The translations under genes were made by a program, and so were the position numbers. Shown here in pieces: positions 29,558-39,709 of a stretch of 64,000 bases of DNA (position 1 is the first letter of the stretch; every line of letters starts with the position of its first letter). Under the pieces are notes generated by a model. That model ran no database searches. It worked only from the letters and a program-made list of their open reading frames with translations, and was not told where the DNA came from. Location: assembly GCF_947498805.1 (NCBI RefSeq), contig NZ_CANMLT010000012.1:181-64180 (forward strand). Reading direction: 5' to 3'. Origin of the DNA: an uncultured Tenacibaculum sp. GTDB lineage: Bacteria > Bacteroidota > Bacteroidia > Flavobacteriales > Flavobacteriaceae.

Positions 29558-29616
29558 GTGTTTTATATGCTTGGTTTTCTTGTTTTACGACGCGATACAA
29601 TCGCACAAAAGCGGGG
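29558..29616. repeat. copy 2 of the gene-trailing repeat element with CGCGAT-ACA-ATCGCG
   Basis: tatgcttggttttcttgttttacgacgcgatacaatcgca. Lies between the stop of the KAP gene and the start of the AlbA_2 gene. Confidence 0.85.
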
Positions 29617-29622
29617 TTATGT

Positions 29623-31392
29623 CTACTTCATTAGTTTCCCCTTAATTTCATCAACCCAAGTTAAAAATTCTCCATATAATAGTCTTTTAGGTTGTTTAAT
29701 ATCATTACTAGCAATATATTCTTTTAATATCTTCTCAAAATCAACAAAAAACTTATATTCAGATTCACAATAATTATTTAAATACATTTTATAACCTTGT
29801 TTAAGGTTAAAATTAAGATTCAACATTTCTTTATTACTTAATTCTATTATTTTTTGGAAAAATTCTTGGGGATTTAAGCAACCAAATAAGCACTTATACA
29901 CCATTGAAGTATTTAAGAAGTCGCTAAGTTCATTTCCTATAACGTTTAAATATTTATAAATATTTATTGCATTATTTCTGTTTGAATCTTTAATTTTGTC
30001 ATAGTGAAATTCTATTAATTTCTGATCTAAGAGACTGGGTTCTTCCTCTAAATTTTCAATCAGTAAAAAATTAACTTCTGACGTTTCTTTTGCTTTTTGA
30101 ATACCTTCAAATAACACATCTTCAATTTCCTTTATATCCTTAATTAATATTAAATTAGTTACGAAATATTGAAAAGTTTTATAAAAAGAAGGGTAATGAT
30201 ACATACTATATTTGCCTTCCTTTATATAACCTAAAAACTTCTTTACACTTTCTTCAAACTCTTCATTTTCTAAAGTCTTGAAATTATACCCCATTAATGA
30301 GTTAAGTACTTTTTCTTCTTCTGATGTTTCTTTTTCTTTTCTATTCTCTATCTCTTTAGTTATTTTCTGCTCAGCTAAAACACCAGTTAAAACATAATCA
30401 TATAACCCTTCTGAAAATGTAAACAGCTCTTGTTTTTCTTGGTTATTTAAATATTTTTCTACAAACTTTTCTCTATCACTTTTATCCTCTCCGACACTCT
30501 TTTTTCCGATTCTCAGTAAATTTTCATTAAATATAAAAGGGCTATCATACCCCTTATAATCACCACTATCTAAACAAGTTAACCTACCTTCCTTAAACTC
30601 ATTTGATATTATCAGCATAAAAAACAGCATGCTATTAATAATTCCTGCGTCCTGATTTTTTAACATAGGAAACACTTCATGAACACAGTTCAGATAAAAA
30701 TTAAATGTCCTGAGGTTTTGAATATCATGCTCATAAAAAAAAGACACTATCATATCTTTTCTTTCAATTAAAAAAGTTTTAAACTCAACTTCATCTAAAA
30801 CATCTAAACTAGAATCAAAAAAATCTTGATAGTTTGCCTTATAGTTAAGCGTTCTTCCTATTACTTTTTCCTTAATTCTTTTATACTCGTCATCATTTAT
30901 TTCTTCCTCATAAGCACAAATTACAACCTTGAGTCCCTTATGTTCAACATAATCATTTATTAAACCTAATATATCTTTAATAGGAATTGAACATCTTTCT
31001 AAATCATCAAAACAAATAATCAATTTTGAGTAATCAAGATTAATCTCTACGCCATCTGTAAGATCTGAAAGTTTAATACCACCAGCAAAAACAGTTCCTA
31101 AGGCATTAAGTCCATTTCTTAAGACATTCATAGACCCTTTAACAAATTTATTATTCATAGAGTCTGGAAGTAAATTGACCAATAAAATTCCTTCTACTTC
31201 TTTAACATTACTTATCCCATTCAATGATACATATACTGGTTTGAGCTCTTTTTCTTTTACTTTTTGAGACAAAACATTTTTCCATAAATAGGTTTTACCA
31301 CTCCCCCATTTCCCAGAAACTAGTAAAGCATAATTGACTTGTTTCTTTTCAATATAACTTTCAAATATAGATGTAACACTCTCTAAATTCAT
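29623..31392 (-). CDS. KAP-family P-loop NTPase (soluble form)
   Basis: Walker A LLVSGKWGSGKTYLW and Walker B plus signature LIICFDDLERCSIPIKDILGLIN match the KAP family (G-x-WGSGKT, DDLDRC). Followed by a long helical C-terminal region. Confidence 0.75.
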   Translation of the reverse strand: MNLESVTSIFESYIEKKQVNYALLVSGKWGSGKTYLWKNVLSQKVKEKELKPVYVSLNGISNVKEVEGILLVNLLPDSMNNKFVKGSMNVLRNGLNALGTVFAGGIKLSDLTDGVEINLDYSKLIICFDDLERCSIPIKDILGLINDYVEHKGLKVVICAYEEEINDDEYKRIKEKVIGRTLNYKANYQDFFDSSLDVLDEVEFKTFLIERKDMIVSFFYEHDIQNLRTFNFYLNCVHEVFPMLKNQDAGIINSMLFFMLIISNEFKEGRLTCLDSGDYKGYDSPFIFNENLLRIGKKSVGEDKSDREKFVEKYLNNQEKQELFTFSEGLYDYVLTGVLAEQKITKEIENRKEKETSEEEKVLNSLMGYNFKTLENEEFEESVKKFLGYIKEGKYSMYHYPSFYKTFQYFVTNLILIKDIKEIEDVLFEGIQKAKETSEVNFLLIENLEEEPSLLDQKLIEFHYDKIKDSNRNNAINIYKYLNVIGNELSDFLNTSMVYKCLFGCLNPQEFFQKIIELSNKEMLNLNFNLKQGYKMYLNNYCESEYKFFVDFEKILKEYIASNDIKQPKRLLYGEFLTWVDEIKGKLMK

Positions 31393-31593
31393 GATTCTTT
31401 TTTTGCTTTTTGATATACCTTTTTGCTTCAGAAAAGAATATTTACTTATTATCTTAAAAGGGCTATCAATCTATTATGTAACTTTAAAATTTAAAATCTA
31501 TTAATCGTAAATATAAAAAGCTCAAAAAAAACACACCTACGGAAAACCGTAAACAAAGTAAGGTTTTACCTTATTCTTTAACATCCAAACAAA

Positions 31594-31628
31594 AACCCCA
31601 ACATCTAACTAGATGTCGAGGTTTTTTT
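31594..31628. terminator. bidirectional terminator downstream of uspA
   Basis: ccccaacatcta / tagatgtcgagg imperfect stem flanked by an A-run and a T-run. Confidence 0.5.
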
Positions 31629-31649
31629 GAATTAAGAGGAAACCTATTT

Positions 31650-32483
31650 TTAAATCTTAAAGGTCAATACGGGTAAGGTAGCATGGTTGGCTACGTCTTC
31701 AGAGATACTTCCTTCAATAAAGTGTTGTAGACCTCTGCGTCCGTGTGTTGCCATGATAATCACATCTTTTCCATGTACATTCGAAAACTCTAAAATTCCG
31801 TCTTCAATGGTATAATCTGCTACATAGTGCACCTTGTCCATATTGGCAATGCTACCTTCTGCTTTTTGTAAGAAATTGGCTACTTTTTCTTGCATTTCTT
31901 TGGTACTTCTAAATTTTGAATTAGGGGTATTTACATGCAATAAATCAACCGCACAGCTAAAGTTACTTAATAGGTCTTTTGCTTTTTGATAGGGTGCTAC
32001 ATCTTCATCTGAAAAATCGCAAGCAAATACTGCCGATTTAAAAGAGGTAGTGACAGCTTCGTTTTTAATCACCAATACAGGAATCTCAGCATTTCTCACT
32101 ACTTTTTCGGTATTAGAGCCTACAAAGAATTCTTTAGCTCCTGTAGCTCCATGAGACCCCATAATAATCATATCAGCATTTTCTTCTCTAGCCAATGCAT
32201 TGAGCTCACTAAACACTTTAAAATGCTTGATAATTGGAGTAAGCTTTACTTCTTGTAAATAGTCTTTATCTAAAAACTCTTTGAATCGTTTTTCTGCTAA
32301 TTTATAATAGAAAATTGTTTGTTCGTTTACAGCATTTTCAGATCTTGTAATTAAGGCATTTGATAACTCTAACATATGCACTGGTAACACCTCAGCATCA
32401 AAGGTTTTTGCTAAATAGCTCGCGGTTTGCAATGCGCGGTCTGAATATTCCGAAAAATCAACGGGTACAATAATTTTTTTCAT
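31650..32483 (-). CDS. tandem-domain universal stress protein (UspA family)
   Basis: Two Usp halves, each with the MKKIIVPVDFS / GSHG...GS...V pattern (IMGSHGATGAKEFFVGSNTEKVV and IMATHGRRGLQHFIEGSISEDV). Confidence 0.85.
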   Translation of the reverse strand: MKKIIVPVDFSEYSDRALQTASYLAKTFDAEVLPVHMLELSNALITRSENAVNEQTIFYYKLAEKRFKEFLDKDYLQEVKLTPIIKHFKVFSELNALAREENADMIIMGSHGATGAKEFFVGSNTEKVVRNAEIPVLVIKNEAVTTSFKSAVFACDFSDEDVAPYQKAKDLLSNFSCAVDLLHVNTPNSKFRSTKEMQEKVANFLQKAEGSIANMDKVHYVADYTIEDGILEFSNVHGKDVIIMATHGRRGLQHFIEGSISEDVANHATLPVLTFKI

Positions 32484-32539
32484 AAGAGATTGGTTTAAAT
32501 TTCTACATTAAAAGTACCTCTCTTTTTTACGAAAAAATA

Positions 32540-32551
32540 TGATTTTTGTCA
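32540..32551 (-). promoter_or_regulatory. Crp/Fnr-type box TGA-N6-TCA upstream of uspA
   Basis: tgatttttgtca. On the coding strand it lies exactly 23 nt upstream of a -7-like box TACTTTTA (32509-32516). Confidence 0.6.
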
Positions 32552-32572
32552 GGTTACAAATACAAACAATTG

Positions 32573-33415
32573 TTATTCTAAAAACTTAGTTCCCAGCATT
32601 TCTGTAGCATCCATTACCATCATTTTTGCCGATTTATCTTCGGCATAAACGAGTTGTTTTAAGGCGTTCAATCGGTTGACTGGTACGGTAACGAAAATGA
32701 TGTATTTATCTCTATTTACACTCAAGTTGTTTCCTGCTACCAAGGTTCCGTTTACCCCAATTTTTTCATTGATGAGTTTACCTATAGGTTCTAAATCATT
32801 TGCCGAAGAGATGTGTACCACACGTCCGTTAGGTCGACCTGATAAGACCACATCAATCATTTTAGTAGTAATAAAAATACTGATCATACTCCATAGAGCT
32901 AATTCTACATTGTTAAACACAATGGCCGTACATACTACTACAATGGCATCTAATATTAAAATAACGGTTCCTGTTTTTAAAGAGGTTTTAGAAGTAATGA
33001 TTCGCGCAATGATGGTTCCTCCTCCGGCAGATCCTCCTCCTTTAAAAATAAACCCGATTCCAAGTCCGACAGCTATTCCACCATACAAAGTAGCTAGTAA
33101 AGGTTCGTTACTCAAAGCAGGTAATCCTATATATTCAGAAATAATATCAATAAACAAACTCACGGTAAGAATTGCTACGGTACTTTTTAAAGCAAAGTAT
33201 TTTCCTAAAAATCGAATACTAATGATTAATAAGGGAATATTAATTAAGGCAAACAACACCCCAATTGGCAGGCTAAATAGGTAATTAAAAATAATGGCTA
33301 ATCCTCCGGTTCCTCCCATGGCTACTTTATTCGGACTTAAAAATCCGACAACTCCAAATGCCATGAGTAAACATCCGATAATAATAAAACTGTAGTTTAA
33401 AACTTCTTTCTTCAT
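32573..33415 (-). CDS. YitT-family membrane protein (DUF2179 C-terminal domain)
   Basis: Five or six TM helices with Gly-rich GGTGG/GGSAGGG segments and a soluble C-terminal domain. Resembles the YitT/YczE class. Confidence 0.7.
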   Translation of the reverse strand: MKKEVLNYSFIIIGCLLMAFGVVGFLSPNKVAMGGTGGLAIIFNYLFSLPIGVLFALINIPLLIISIRFLGKYFALKSTVAILTVSLFIDIISEYIGLPALSNEPLLATLYGGIAVGLGIGFIFKGGGSAGGGTIIARIITSKTSLKTGTVILILDAIVVVCTAIVFNNVELALWSMISIFITTKMIDVVLSGRPNGRVVHISSANDLEPIGKLINEKIGVNGTLVAGNNLSVNRDKYIIFVTVPVNRLNALKQLVYAEDKSAKMMVMDATEMLGTKFLE

Positions 33416-33523
33416 AAGATTCTTCTTAGAAGTACAAAGCTATAACAATATGATTTCTTAGCACAAGGAAGTCTGCATTCATTTGCTGTAAATCTTAACA
33501 ATGAACGCCAAAATATTATCCAC

Positions 33524-34219
33524 TTAATGACAACCTACTACGGTTTCTCCTGCACCTTGTAAGACAGGCGACACATAAGGAATTCCTAGTCCTAATCCAC
33601 GAAGAATAAATAATACACCAATAAAAACCACTACGTATGGAATGGCTTGTTGTATTCTTCTTCGTATCAATCCATTGGCAAAGTTTCCTACATAGACTAC
33701 GGTTGTCATAAGTGGAATGGTACCCAACCCGAATATCGCCATATAAATGCTTCCCGAAAAAGCATTTGAGGCGGTTAAGGCACCAAATACTGCCATGTAT
33801 ACCAATCCGCACGGAAGAAATCCGTTTAGAAATCCGATGGTAAAAAATGTATCGTTTCCTTTCTTTTTTAATTCTTTTCCTAAAGCGGATTTTACCTTCA
33901 TCACTAATCGATTGATGCTTTTTGAAAAGTTATATTTCTGAAAGGTCTTTGGTAATAAAACAACTACAATCATTAAAATCCCAACAATGATAGAAAGTTG
34001 TTGTTGAAATCCGAAGAAATAGAAACTCTTCCCGAGTAAGCCAAATAGTAGTCCTATTAAGCTATAGGTAAACAAACGCCCTAAATGATAGCTTGTTATT
34101 TGAAAGAACTGTTTTACTTTATTGGTTCTATCAACAGGTAACATAAAGGCTATTGGGCCACACATTCCTATACAATGGAAGCTTCCTAATAATCCTAATA
34201 TGAGTGCAGATATATACAT
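33524..34219 (-). CDS. TauE/SafE-like (HCxxMCGP-motif) membrane protein of the cbb3 maturation neighbourhood
   Basis: N-terminal LLGSFHCIGMCGPIAF motif and 6 TM helices. The start overlaps the fixH stop. Confidence 0.7.
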   Translation of the reverse strand: MYISALILGLLGSFHCIGMCGPIAFMLPVDRTNKVKQFFQITSYHLGRLFTYSLIGLLFGLLGKSFYFFGFQQQLSIIVGILMIVVVLLPKTFQKYNFSKSINRLVMKVKSALGKELKKKGNDTFFTIGFLNGFLPCGLVYMAVFGALTASNAFSGSIYMAIFGLGTIPLMTTVVYVGNFANGLIRRRIQQAIPYVVVFIGVLFILRGLGLGIPYVSPVLQGAGETVVGCH

Positions 34220-34665
34220 TAGTAAATCAACTCTTTCTGATATAAATAATCTTTATTTTTGTAGTTCCAGGATACTGTGATGTTCCAGCGACCACCTAAC
34301 AAACGGTTCTCAGGCACGAGCAAATATGTATTGGAAAGTGAAATTGGGATTTCGAAGTCCAATTGCTTATTAGATGGTCTGTATAGGAACACTTTTCCTG
34401 AAATTTCTTTAGGATTAAACTCCGTTGGAAAATGGATGTTTAATCCTTCAGTTGTTTTTTCAACCTTTATATTTTCTTTTAATGCCTTTGCATTTTTTGT
34501 AGCATTAATACTGTTCTGATATTCTAGTTCTTTCTGATAATATTTTTCAGATACTAAATCGTGATTATATCCTTTACCTGTACTCATGGTGATTACGAAA
34601 TACATGATAAATCCTATAAATCCAATAATCGCGATTACTATGCCCGTGCCCCAGTTTAGTTTCAT
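34219..34665 (-). CDS. FixH/CcoH-like protein
   Basis: Single N-terminal TM (WGTGIVIAIIGFIGFIMYFVI) plus a periplasmic beta domain. Conserved position after ccoG. Confidence 0.7.
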   Translation of the reverse strand: MKLNWGTGIVIAIIGFIGFIMYFVITMSTGKGYNHDLVSEKYYQKELEYQNSINATKNAKALKENIKVEKTTEGLNIHFPTEFNPKEISGKVFLYRPSNKQLDFEIPISLSNTYLLVPENRLLGGRWNITVSWNYKNKDYLYQKELIY

Positions 34666-34790
34666 TTTTATTGTTTTTGTGTCATTAGGAATGAAGTATT
34701 CTGTTTATTGATTAAGAGACTACTTCGTCATTCTTCCTCGTAATGACGGTTAATATTTAATTTCTTGTTTCTTTTCTCTTTTGTCTCGTT

Positions 34791-34880
<90 letters not shown>

Positions 34881-34901
34881 CAACTTAAAACTCAAAACTA
34901 T

Positions 34902-36329
34902 TTATCGATAGCTTCTAGGTCCTAAGAAATTGGTTTTTGCTGTTTCAATCAATCGATCTCCGCTATATACCCCTATTCTTAAGGTGACCTTTTCTTTTTT
35001 CATTTCAGATTGGTGTAATTCTATAAACAATGTTCCTTCTGCCAATCCTTGTTTTGGAACTTCAAAATTTTGATGTGTAACCGTTTCTATTTTTCCTTTG
35101 TGTGATAGTAACTTATAGCTTACATCATCTATTTGCTTGGTTGTTTTATTAATTACCTTATAGGTATAAATATTACTAATGATTCCGTTTTCTTTGTGCT
35201 GATATAATTGTCCTGGTAATCGTAAAATGGTTGCTTCTACATCATTTCTTAAGAACAACATTCCTATTAATACTGCTATTAAGATTCCTAATACTGCAGA
35301 GTACCCTTTCATTCTTGCTGAGAATTTAAAAGGAGCTTTCTTTACAATATTCTCTTCACTTGCATATCGTATCAATCCTTTTGGCAATCCTACTTTTTCC
35401 ATCATATGATCACACTCATCGATACAAGCGGTACAGTTCACACATTCTAACTGTGTTCCGTTTCGAATATCAATTCCAGTCGGACATACATTTACACATT
35501 GAAAACAGTCAATACAATCTCCTTTTCCAGAGGCTGCCCTGTCTTCTTTTCTATTGAATTTTGCTCTTCCTTTTTCTCCTTCTCCTCTTACATGATCATA
35601 AGCTACATTGATGGTTTTATTATCTAATAACACTCCTTGCAACCTTCCGTATGGACAAGCGATGATACACACTTGTTCTCTAAACCATGCAAATACAAAA
35701 TAGAATACACCTGTAAATATTAACAGCGATATCAGTGTACTAATGTTATCTAACGGATTCCCTGTTACATACGTAATCACTGTATCTCCTCCTATCAAAT
35801 AGGCTAAGAATACATTTGCTATTAAAAAGGAGATGATAAAAAAGATGAACCACTTTAAAACTCTCTTTTTAATTTTCTCTGCATTCCATTTTTGTTTTTT
35901 TAAACGGATTTGTTTTCCTCTATCTCCTTCTATCCAATATTCTATTTTTCTGAAAACCATTTCCATAAAAATGGTTTGTGGACAAATCCACCCGCAGAAA
36001 ATCCTACCAAATACTACTGTAAAGAGAATGATAAACACCACCCCAATAATCATAGACACTACCAATAAATGGAAGTCTTGTGGCCAAAAGGGAAATCCGA
36101 AAATATTAAACCTTCTTTCTAAGACATTGAATAGTAAAAACTGATTACCGTCTATTTTTATAAAAGGTGCGGATAATAAAAACAGTAATAAAAAATAGCT
36201 GACATAGGTTCTGTACTTATAAAACCTTCCGCTTGGTTTTTTAGGAAACACCCAAGCACGCTTACCTTCCTCATTTATCGTACCGATACTATCTCTAAAT
36301 TGTTCGTTCTTGGGAGTTTCCATAATCAA
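34902..36329 (-). CDS. ccoG: cytochrome c oxidase accessory protein CcoG (4Fe-4S ferredoxin-type)
   Basis: TM segments plus CIDCFQCVNVCPTGIDIR and CVNCTACIDECD cluster motifs. Confidence 0.9.
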   Translation of the reverse strand: MIMETPKNEQFRDSIGTINEEGKRAWVFPKKPSGRFYKYRTYVSYFLLLFLLSAPFIKIDGNQFLLFNVLERRFNIFGFPFWPQDFHLLVVSMIIGVVFIILFTVVFGRIFCGWICPQTIFMEMVFRKIEYWIEGDRGKQIRLKKQKWNAEKIKKRVLKWFIFFIISFLIANVFLAYLIGGDTVITYVTGNPLDNISTLISLLIFTGVFYFVFAWFREQVCIIACPYGRLQGVLLDNKTINVAYDHVRGEGEKGRAKFNRKEDRAASGKGDCIDCFQCVNVCPTGIDIRNGTQLECVNCTACIDECDHMMEKVGLPKGLIRYASEENIVKKAPFKFSARMKGYSAVLGILIAVLIGMLFLRNDVEATILRLPGQLYQHKENGIISNIYTYKVINKTTKQIDDVSYKLLSHKGKIETVTHQNFEVPKQGLAEGTLFIELHQSEMKKEKVTLRIGVYSGDRLIETAKTNFLGPRSYR

Positions 36330-36359
36330 CTATTAAAAACTAACTAGTAGTAATACTAA

Positions 36360-37283
36360 TTACTGCACACTATCTTTTACTTGCTCTGTTCCTTCTTCTT
36401 TGACCTCTTTTGGAGCTGACTCATCTTTATACAATTCTCCTTGAGGTGCTTTTGGTTTTCCTGGAGTAGTTCCTTGGAAAGTCATAATATAACTTGCCAC
36501 CTTTTGAATATCTTTTGGTTTTAAGGTTTTTCCCCAAGCTACCATACCTTTTCCATCTCTACCTCCGTTGGTAATTGTGGTAAATATGTTCTTGATTCCT
36601 CCTCCTAAAATCCAATACTCATCAGTTAAGTTAGGCCCAATACCTCCACCACCGTCTGCAATGTGACATGCAGCACAGTTTAAGTTATATACTGCTCTAC
36701 CTCTACTTAAATCACTATCTGAAGTTAATACCGTTACGGTTTCTGCATCCACTACTGCTTCTTTTGAAGTAGATCTAAAAGCTGCCAATTCTCTTTTTGC
36801 CAAGGCAACTTCTTTGTTATATTCTGTTGTTTGATTGTCACCATCTAATACATGATACTTCACCAAATACACCACACCAAAAATGATGGTTGCATAGAAC
36901 ATATATAGCCACCATGGTGGTAAGTTGTTATCTAACTCTTTAATACCATCATAGTTATGGTCTAAGATAATTTCATCTTCTTCTTCAACGGCTTTCGTGT
37001 CTGTCCATTTCTTAATTAATCGCTTTGCCCAAGCCCAGTGATCAACCTCTTCTGGATTTACACCATCTTTTTCCATTTGAAGTGTTTCTGCTTTTTGCTG
37101 CGCAACAATGTTTAATAATTCCTTCATTAGAATTACTAAAATCAATGCTACAATAGCAATCCATACTAGTGGATTCTCATACAAACTAAATGGATTTTCG
37201 TATGATTGTATTGCAGTCATAATAGCAAAAAGTGTAACTGCAATGAACGTGATATATGCTATAGATTGAAAATACTTTTTCAT
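36360..37283 (-). CDS. ccoP: cbb3-type cytochrome c oxidase subunit III (CcoP-like, single CxxCH seen)
   Basis: FixP_N-like N-terminus (LDHNYDGIKELDNNLPPWW) and heme-c site CAACH with a downstream M. Confidence 0.85.
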   Translation of the reverse strand: MKKYFQSIAYITFIAVTLFAIMTAIQSYENPFSLYENPLVWIAIVALILVILMKELLNIVAQQKAETLQMEKDGVNPEEVDHWAWAKRLIKKWTDTKAVEEEDEIILDHNYDGIKELDNNLPPWWLYMFYATIIFGVVYLVKYHVLDGDNQTTEYNKEVALAKRELAAFRSTSKEAVVDAETVTVLTSDSDLSRGRAVYNLNCAACHIADGGGGIGPNLTDEYWILGGGIKNIFTTITNGGRDGKGMVAWGKTLKPKDIQKVASYIMTFQGTTPGKPKAPQGELYKDESAPKEVKEEGTEQVKDSVQ

Positions 37284-37297
37284 CTTACTTTTGTTTA

Positions 37298-37465
37298 CTA
37301 GTTATCTAATGGTAATTCACTTACCTTACTTATATACTCCTTTTTGGCTGTAAATACCCACCAAAACAACACTACGAAGAATGTAAAGAAGATGGTTAAT
37401 GAGATAATTGGGTAGATTTCAATACCTGCAATGCTCTCCATATGATTTTTTACGAACTTTAACAT
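37298..37465 (-). CDS. ccoQ: CcoQ/FixQ-like small membrane subunit (55 aa, below the ORF-track cutoff)
   Basis: Hand translation gives MLKFVKNHMESIAGIEIYPIISLTIFFTFFVVLFWWVFTAKKEYISKVSELPLDN*. Single TM. Sits between ccoNO and ccoP. Confidence 0.7.
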   Translation of the reverse strand: MLKFVKNHMESIAGIEIYPIISLTIFFTFFVVLFWWVFTAKKEYISKVSELPLDN

Positions 37466-37470
37466 CTTTC

Positions 37471-39672
37471 TTAATTTTTACTTCCTAATTGATCTTCTAT
37501 ATCTTTCACCTTAATATCGGTTCCTAAACGTTGTAGGTATGCAATTAACGCTACAATTTCTCTGTCCTTCATCTCGATAAACTTCTGTCCGTTTTGTGCT
37601 GCATAATTTTTATCATCTGCATAACTCTTGGCAAAATCTGGATCTTGATGTAAGTTCTCTTGAATTTTAGCTCCTTGCGCTTCCATACTTGCTTGCGCAT
37701 TAGCTATATCTTCTTCTGTATATGGAACTCCTAAGCTTACCATGGCTCTCATTTTAGCTTCGGTATCGCTCTTATCAAGTTCATTTCTTACCAACCATTG
37801 ATATGCTGGCATAATAGAACCTGGTGAAGTACTTTGTGGATCGTACATGTGATTTAAGTGCCAACTGTCAGAATACTTTCCTCCAACTCTTAATAAGTCT
37901 GGCCCTGTACGTTTAGAACCCCATAAGAATGGATGGTCATATACAAATTCTCCTGCTTTGGCATATTCTCCGTAACGTTCTACCTCACTTCTAAATGGAC
38001 GTACCATTTGTGAGTGACATCCAACACATCCTTCTCTAATGTATAAGTCTCTACCTTCTAATTCTAATGCCGAATATGGTTTTACACTGGTAATGGTTGG
38101 TATATTAGATTTTACTAATAAGGTTGGTACAATTTGTACAATACCTCCAATTAATATTGCTACAGTTGCATAGATGGTTAATTTGATTGGTCTTCTTTCT
38201 AACCAAGTATGCCAACCTTCTTTAGATGTTCTGTATTTAGATACTTTTGTTAATGCTGGTGCTTCTGCTAACTCATCTGTTACATCGCTTCCAGATTTTA
38301 CTGTTTTTACAACATTGTATAACATTACAATGGCTCCAAGGATGAATAAACTTCCTCCTATAGCACGCATCCAATACATCGGAATAATTTCGTTTACAGT
38401 TTCTAAGAAGTTACCATAAGTTAAAGTTCCGTCTGGATTGAACTGCTTCCACATAGAAGCTTGTACAAATCCTGCTACATACATTGGTAAAGCATACATG
38501 ATAATACCTAAAGTACCAATCCAGAAATGGAAGTTTGCCAATGCTGTAGAGTATAATTTTGTTTTAAACATACGTGGTATTAACCAGTATAACATACCAA
38601 AGGTTAAGAAACCGTTCCATGCTAAGGCTCCAACGTGCACGTGTGCAATAATCCAGTCAGAGAAGTGCGCAATTGCATTTACATTCTTTAATGATAACAT
38701 TGGTCCTTCAAACGTAGCCATACCATAACCAGTAATTGCTACTACCATGAATTTTAATACTGGATCTACTCGAACCTTATCCCATGCTCCACGTAAGGTT
38801 AATAATCCATTGATCATACCTCCCCAAGATGGTGCAATTAACATTACAGAGAATGCTACTCCTAAATTTTGTGCCCAATCTGGTAAAGATGTATATAATA
38901 AGTGGTGCGGTCCTGCCCAGATATAGATAAAGATTAACGACCAGAAGTGTACAATAGATAATCTATAAGAGTATACCGGACGGTTTGCTGCCTTTGGAAC
39001 AAAATAGTACATCAATCCTAAGAACGGTGTTGTAAGGAAGAATGCTACTGCATTATGTCCGTACCACCATTGTACTAGGGCATCTTGTACTCCTGCATAC
39101 ACTGAGTATGATTTAAAGAAACTTACTGGTAATTCTAAACTATTAAATATATGTAATACAGCTACCGTTACAAAGGTTCCTAAATAGAACCAAATAGCTA
39201 CATATAAGTGACGTTGTCTTCTTTTAAGAATTGTCCAAATCATGTTGGCTCCAAACGCTACCCATACTAAAGCTATGGCAATATCAATAGGCCATTCTAG
39301 CTCTGCGTATTCTTTAGAAGTGGTAATTCCTAAAGGTAAGGTTATCGCCGCAGCAACAATTATTAACTGCCATCCCCAGAAGTTGAAATTACTTAAAAAG
39401 TCACTCGCCATACGGGTTTTTAACAAACGTTGAAGCGAGTAATAGACTCCTGCGTAAATTGCGTTTCCTACGAATGCAAAAATTACTGCGTTGGTATGAA
39501 GTGGACGTAAACGACCAAAGCTTAACCATGAAATTCCGTCAGTAATATTTGGGAATAAAAACATAAAAGCCAACAGTAGTCCTACTGAGAAACCAACGAT
39601 CCCCCAGAGTAACGTGGCGTAAATGAACTTTTTTACGATTTTGTTATCGTAATAAAATTGCTGCATTTCCAT
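37471..39672 (-). CDS. ccoNO: fused cbb3-type cytochrome c oxidase subunits I and II (CcoNO)
   Basis: 12-TM heme-copper core with conserved His residues ([18 protein letters not shown]). The C-terminal CcoO part carries [12 protein letters not shown]. Confidence 0.92.
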   Translation of the reverse strand: MEMQQFYYDNKIVKKFIYATLLWGIVGFSVGLLLAFMFLFPNITDGISWLSFGRLRPLHTNAVIFAFVGNAIYAGVYYSLQRLLKTRMASDFLSNFNFWGWQLIIVAAAITLPLGITTSKEYAELEWPIDIAIALVWVAFGANMIWTILKRRQRHLYVAIWFYLGTFVTVAVLHIFNSLELPVSFFKSYSVYAGVQDALVQWWYGHNAVAFFLTTPFLGLMYYFVPKAANRPVYSYRLSIVHFWSLIFIYIWAGPHHLLYTSLPDWAQNLGVAFSVMLIAPSWGGMINGLLTLRGAWDKVRVDPVLKFMVVAITGYGMATFEGPMLSLKNVNAIAHFSDWIIAHVHVGALAWNGFLTFGMLYWLIPRMFKTKLYSTALANFHFWIGTLGIIMYALPMYVAGFVQASMWKQFNPDGTLTYGNFLETVNEIIPMYWMRAIGGSLFILGAIVMLYNVVKTVKSGSDVTDELAEAPALTKVSKYRTSKEGWHTWLERRPIKLTIYATVAILIGGIVQIVPTLLVKSNIPTITSVKPYSALELEGRDLYIREGCVGCHSQMVRPFRSEVERYGEYAKAGEFVYDHPFLWGSKRTGPDLLRVGGKYSDSWHLNHMYDPQSTSPGSIMPAYQWLVRNELDKSDTEAKMRAMVSLGVPYTEEDIANAQASMEAQGAKIQENLHQDPDFAKSYADDKNYAAQNGQKFIEMKDREIVALIAYLQRLGTDIKVKDIEDQLGSKN

Positions 39673-39709
39673 AATCTAATTTGAATTTAATATCTATTTT
39701 GTTAGTTTT

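Noticed and set aside
32676-33284. 202-aa plus-strand ORF
   Set aside because: It lies entirely antisense to the YitT-family membrane protein gene. Its composition is Pro/Thr/Lys-rich and low-complexity, as expected from the reverse frame of a Gly/Ile-rich membrane protein.
33516-33812. 98-aa minus-strand ORF overlapping the TauE-like gene
   Set aside because: It is an alternative frame of the same strand within a well-supported membrane protein gene. It is Cys/Arg-rich with a non-protein-like composition.
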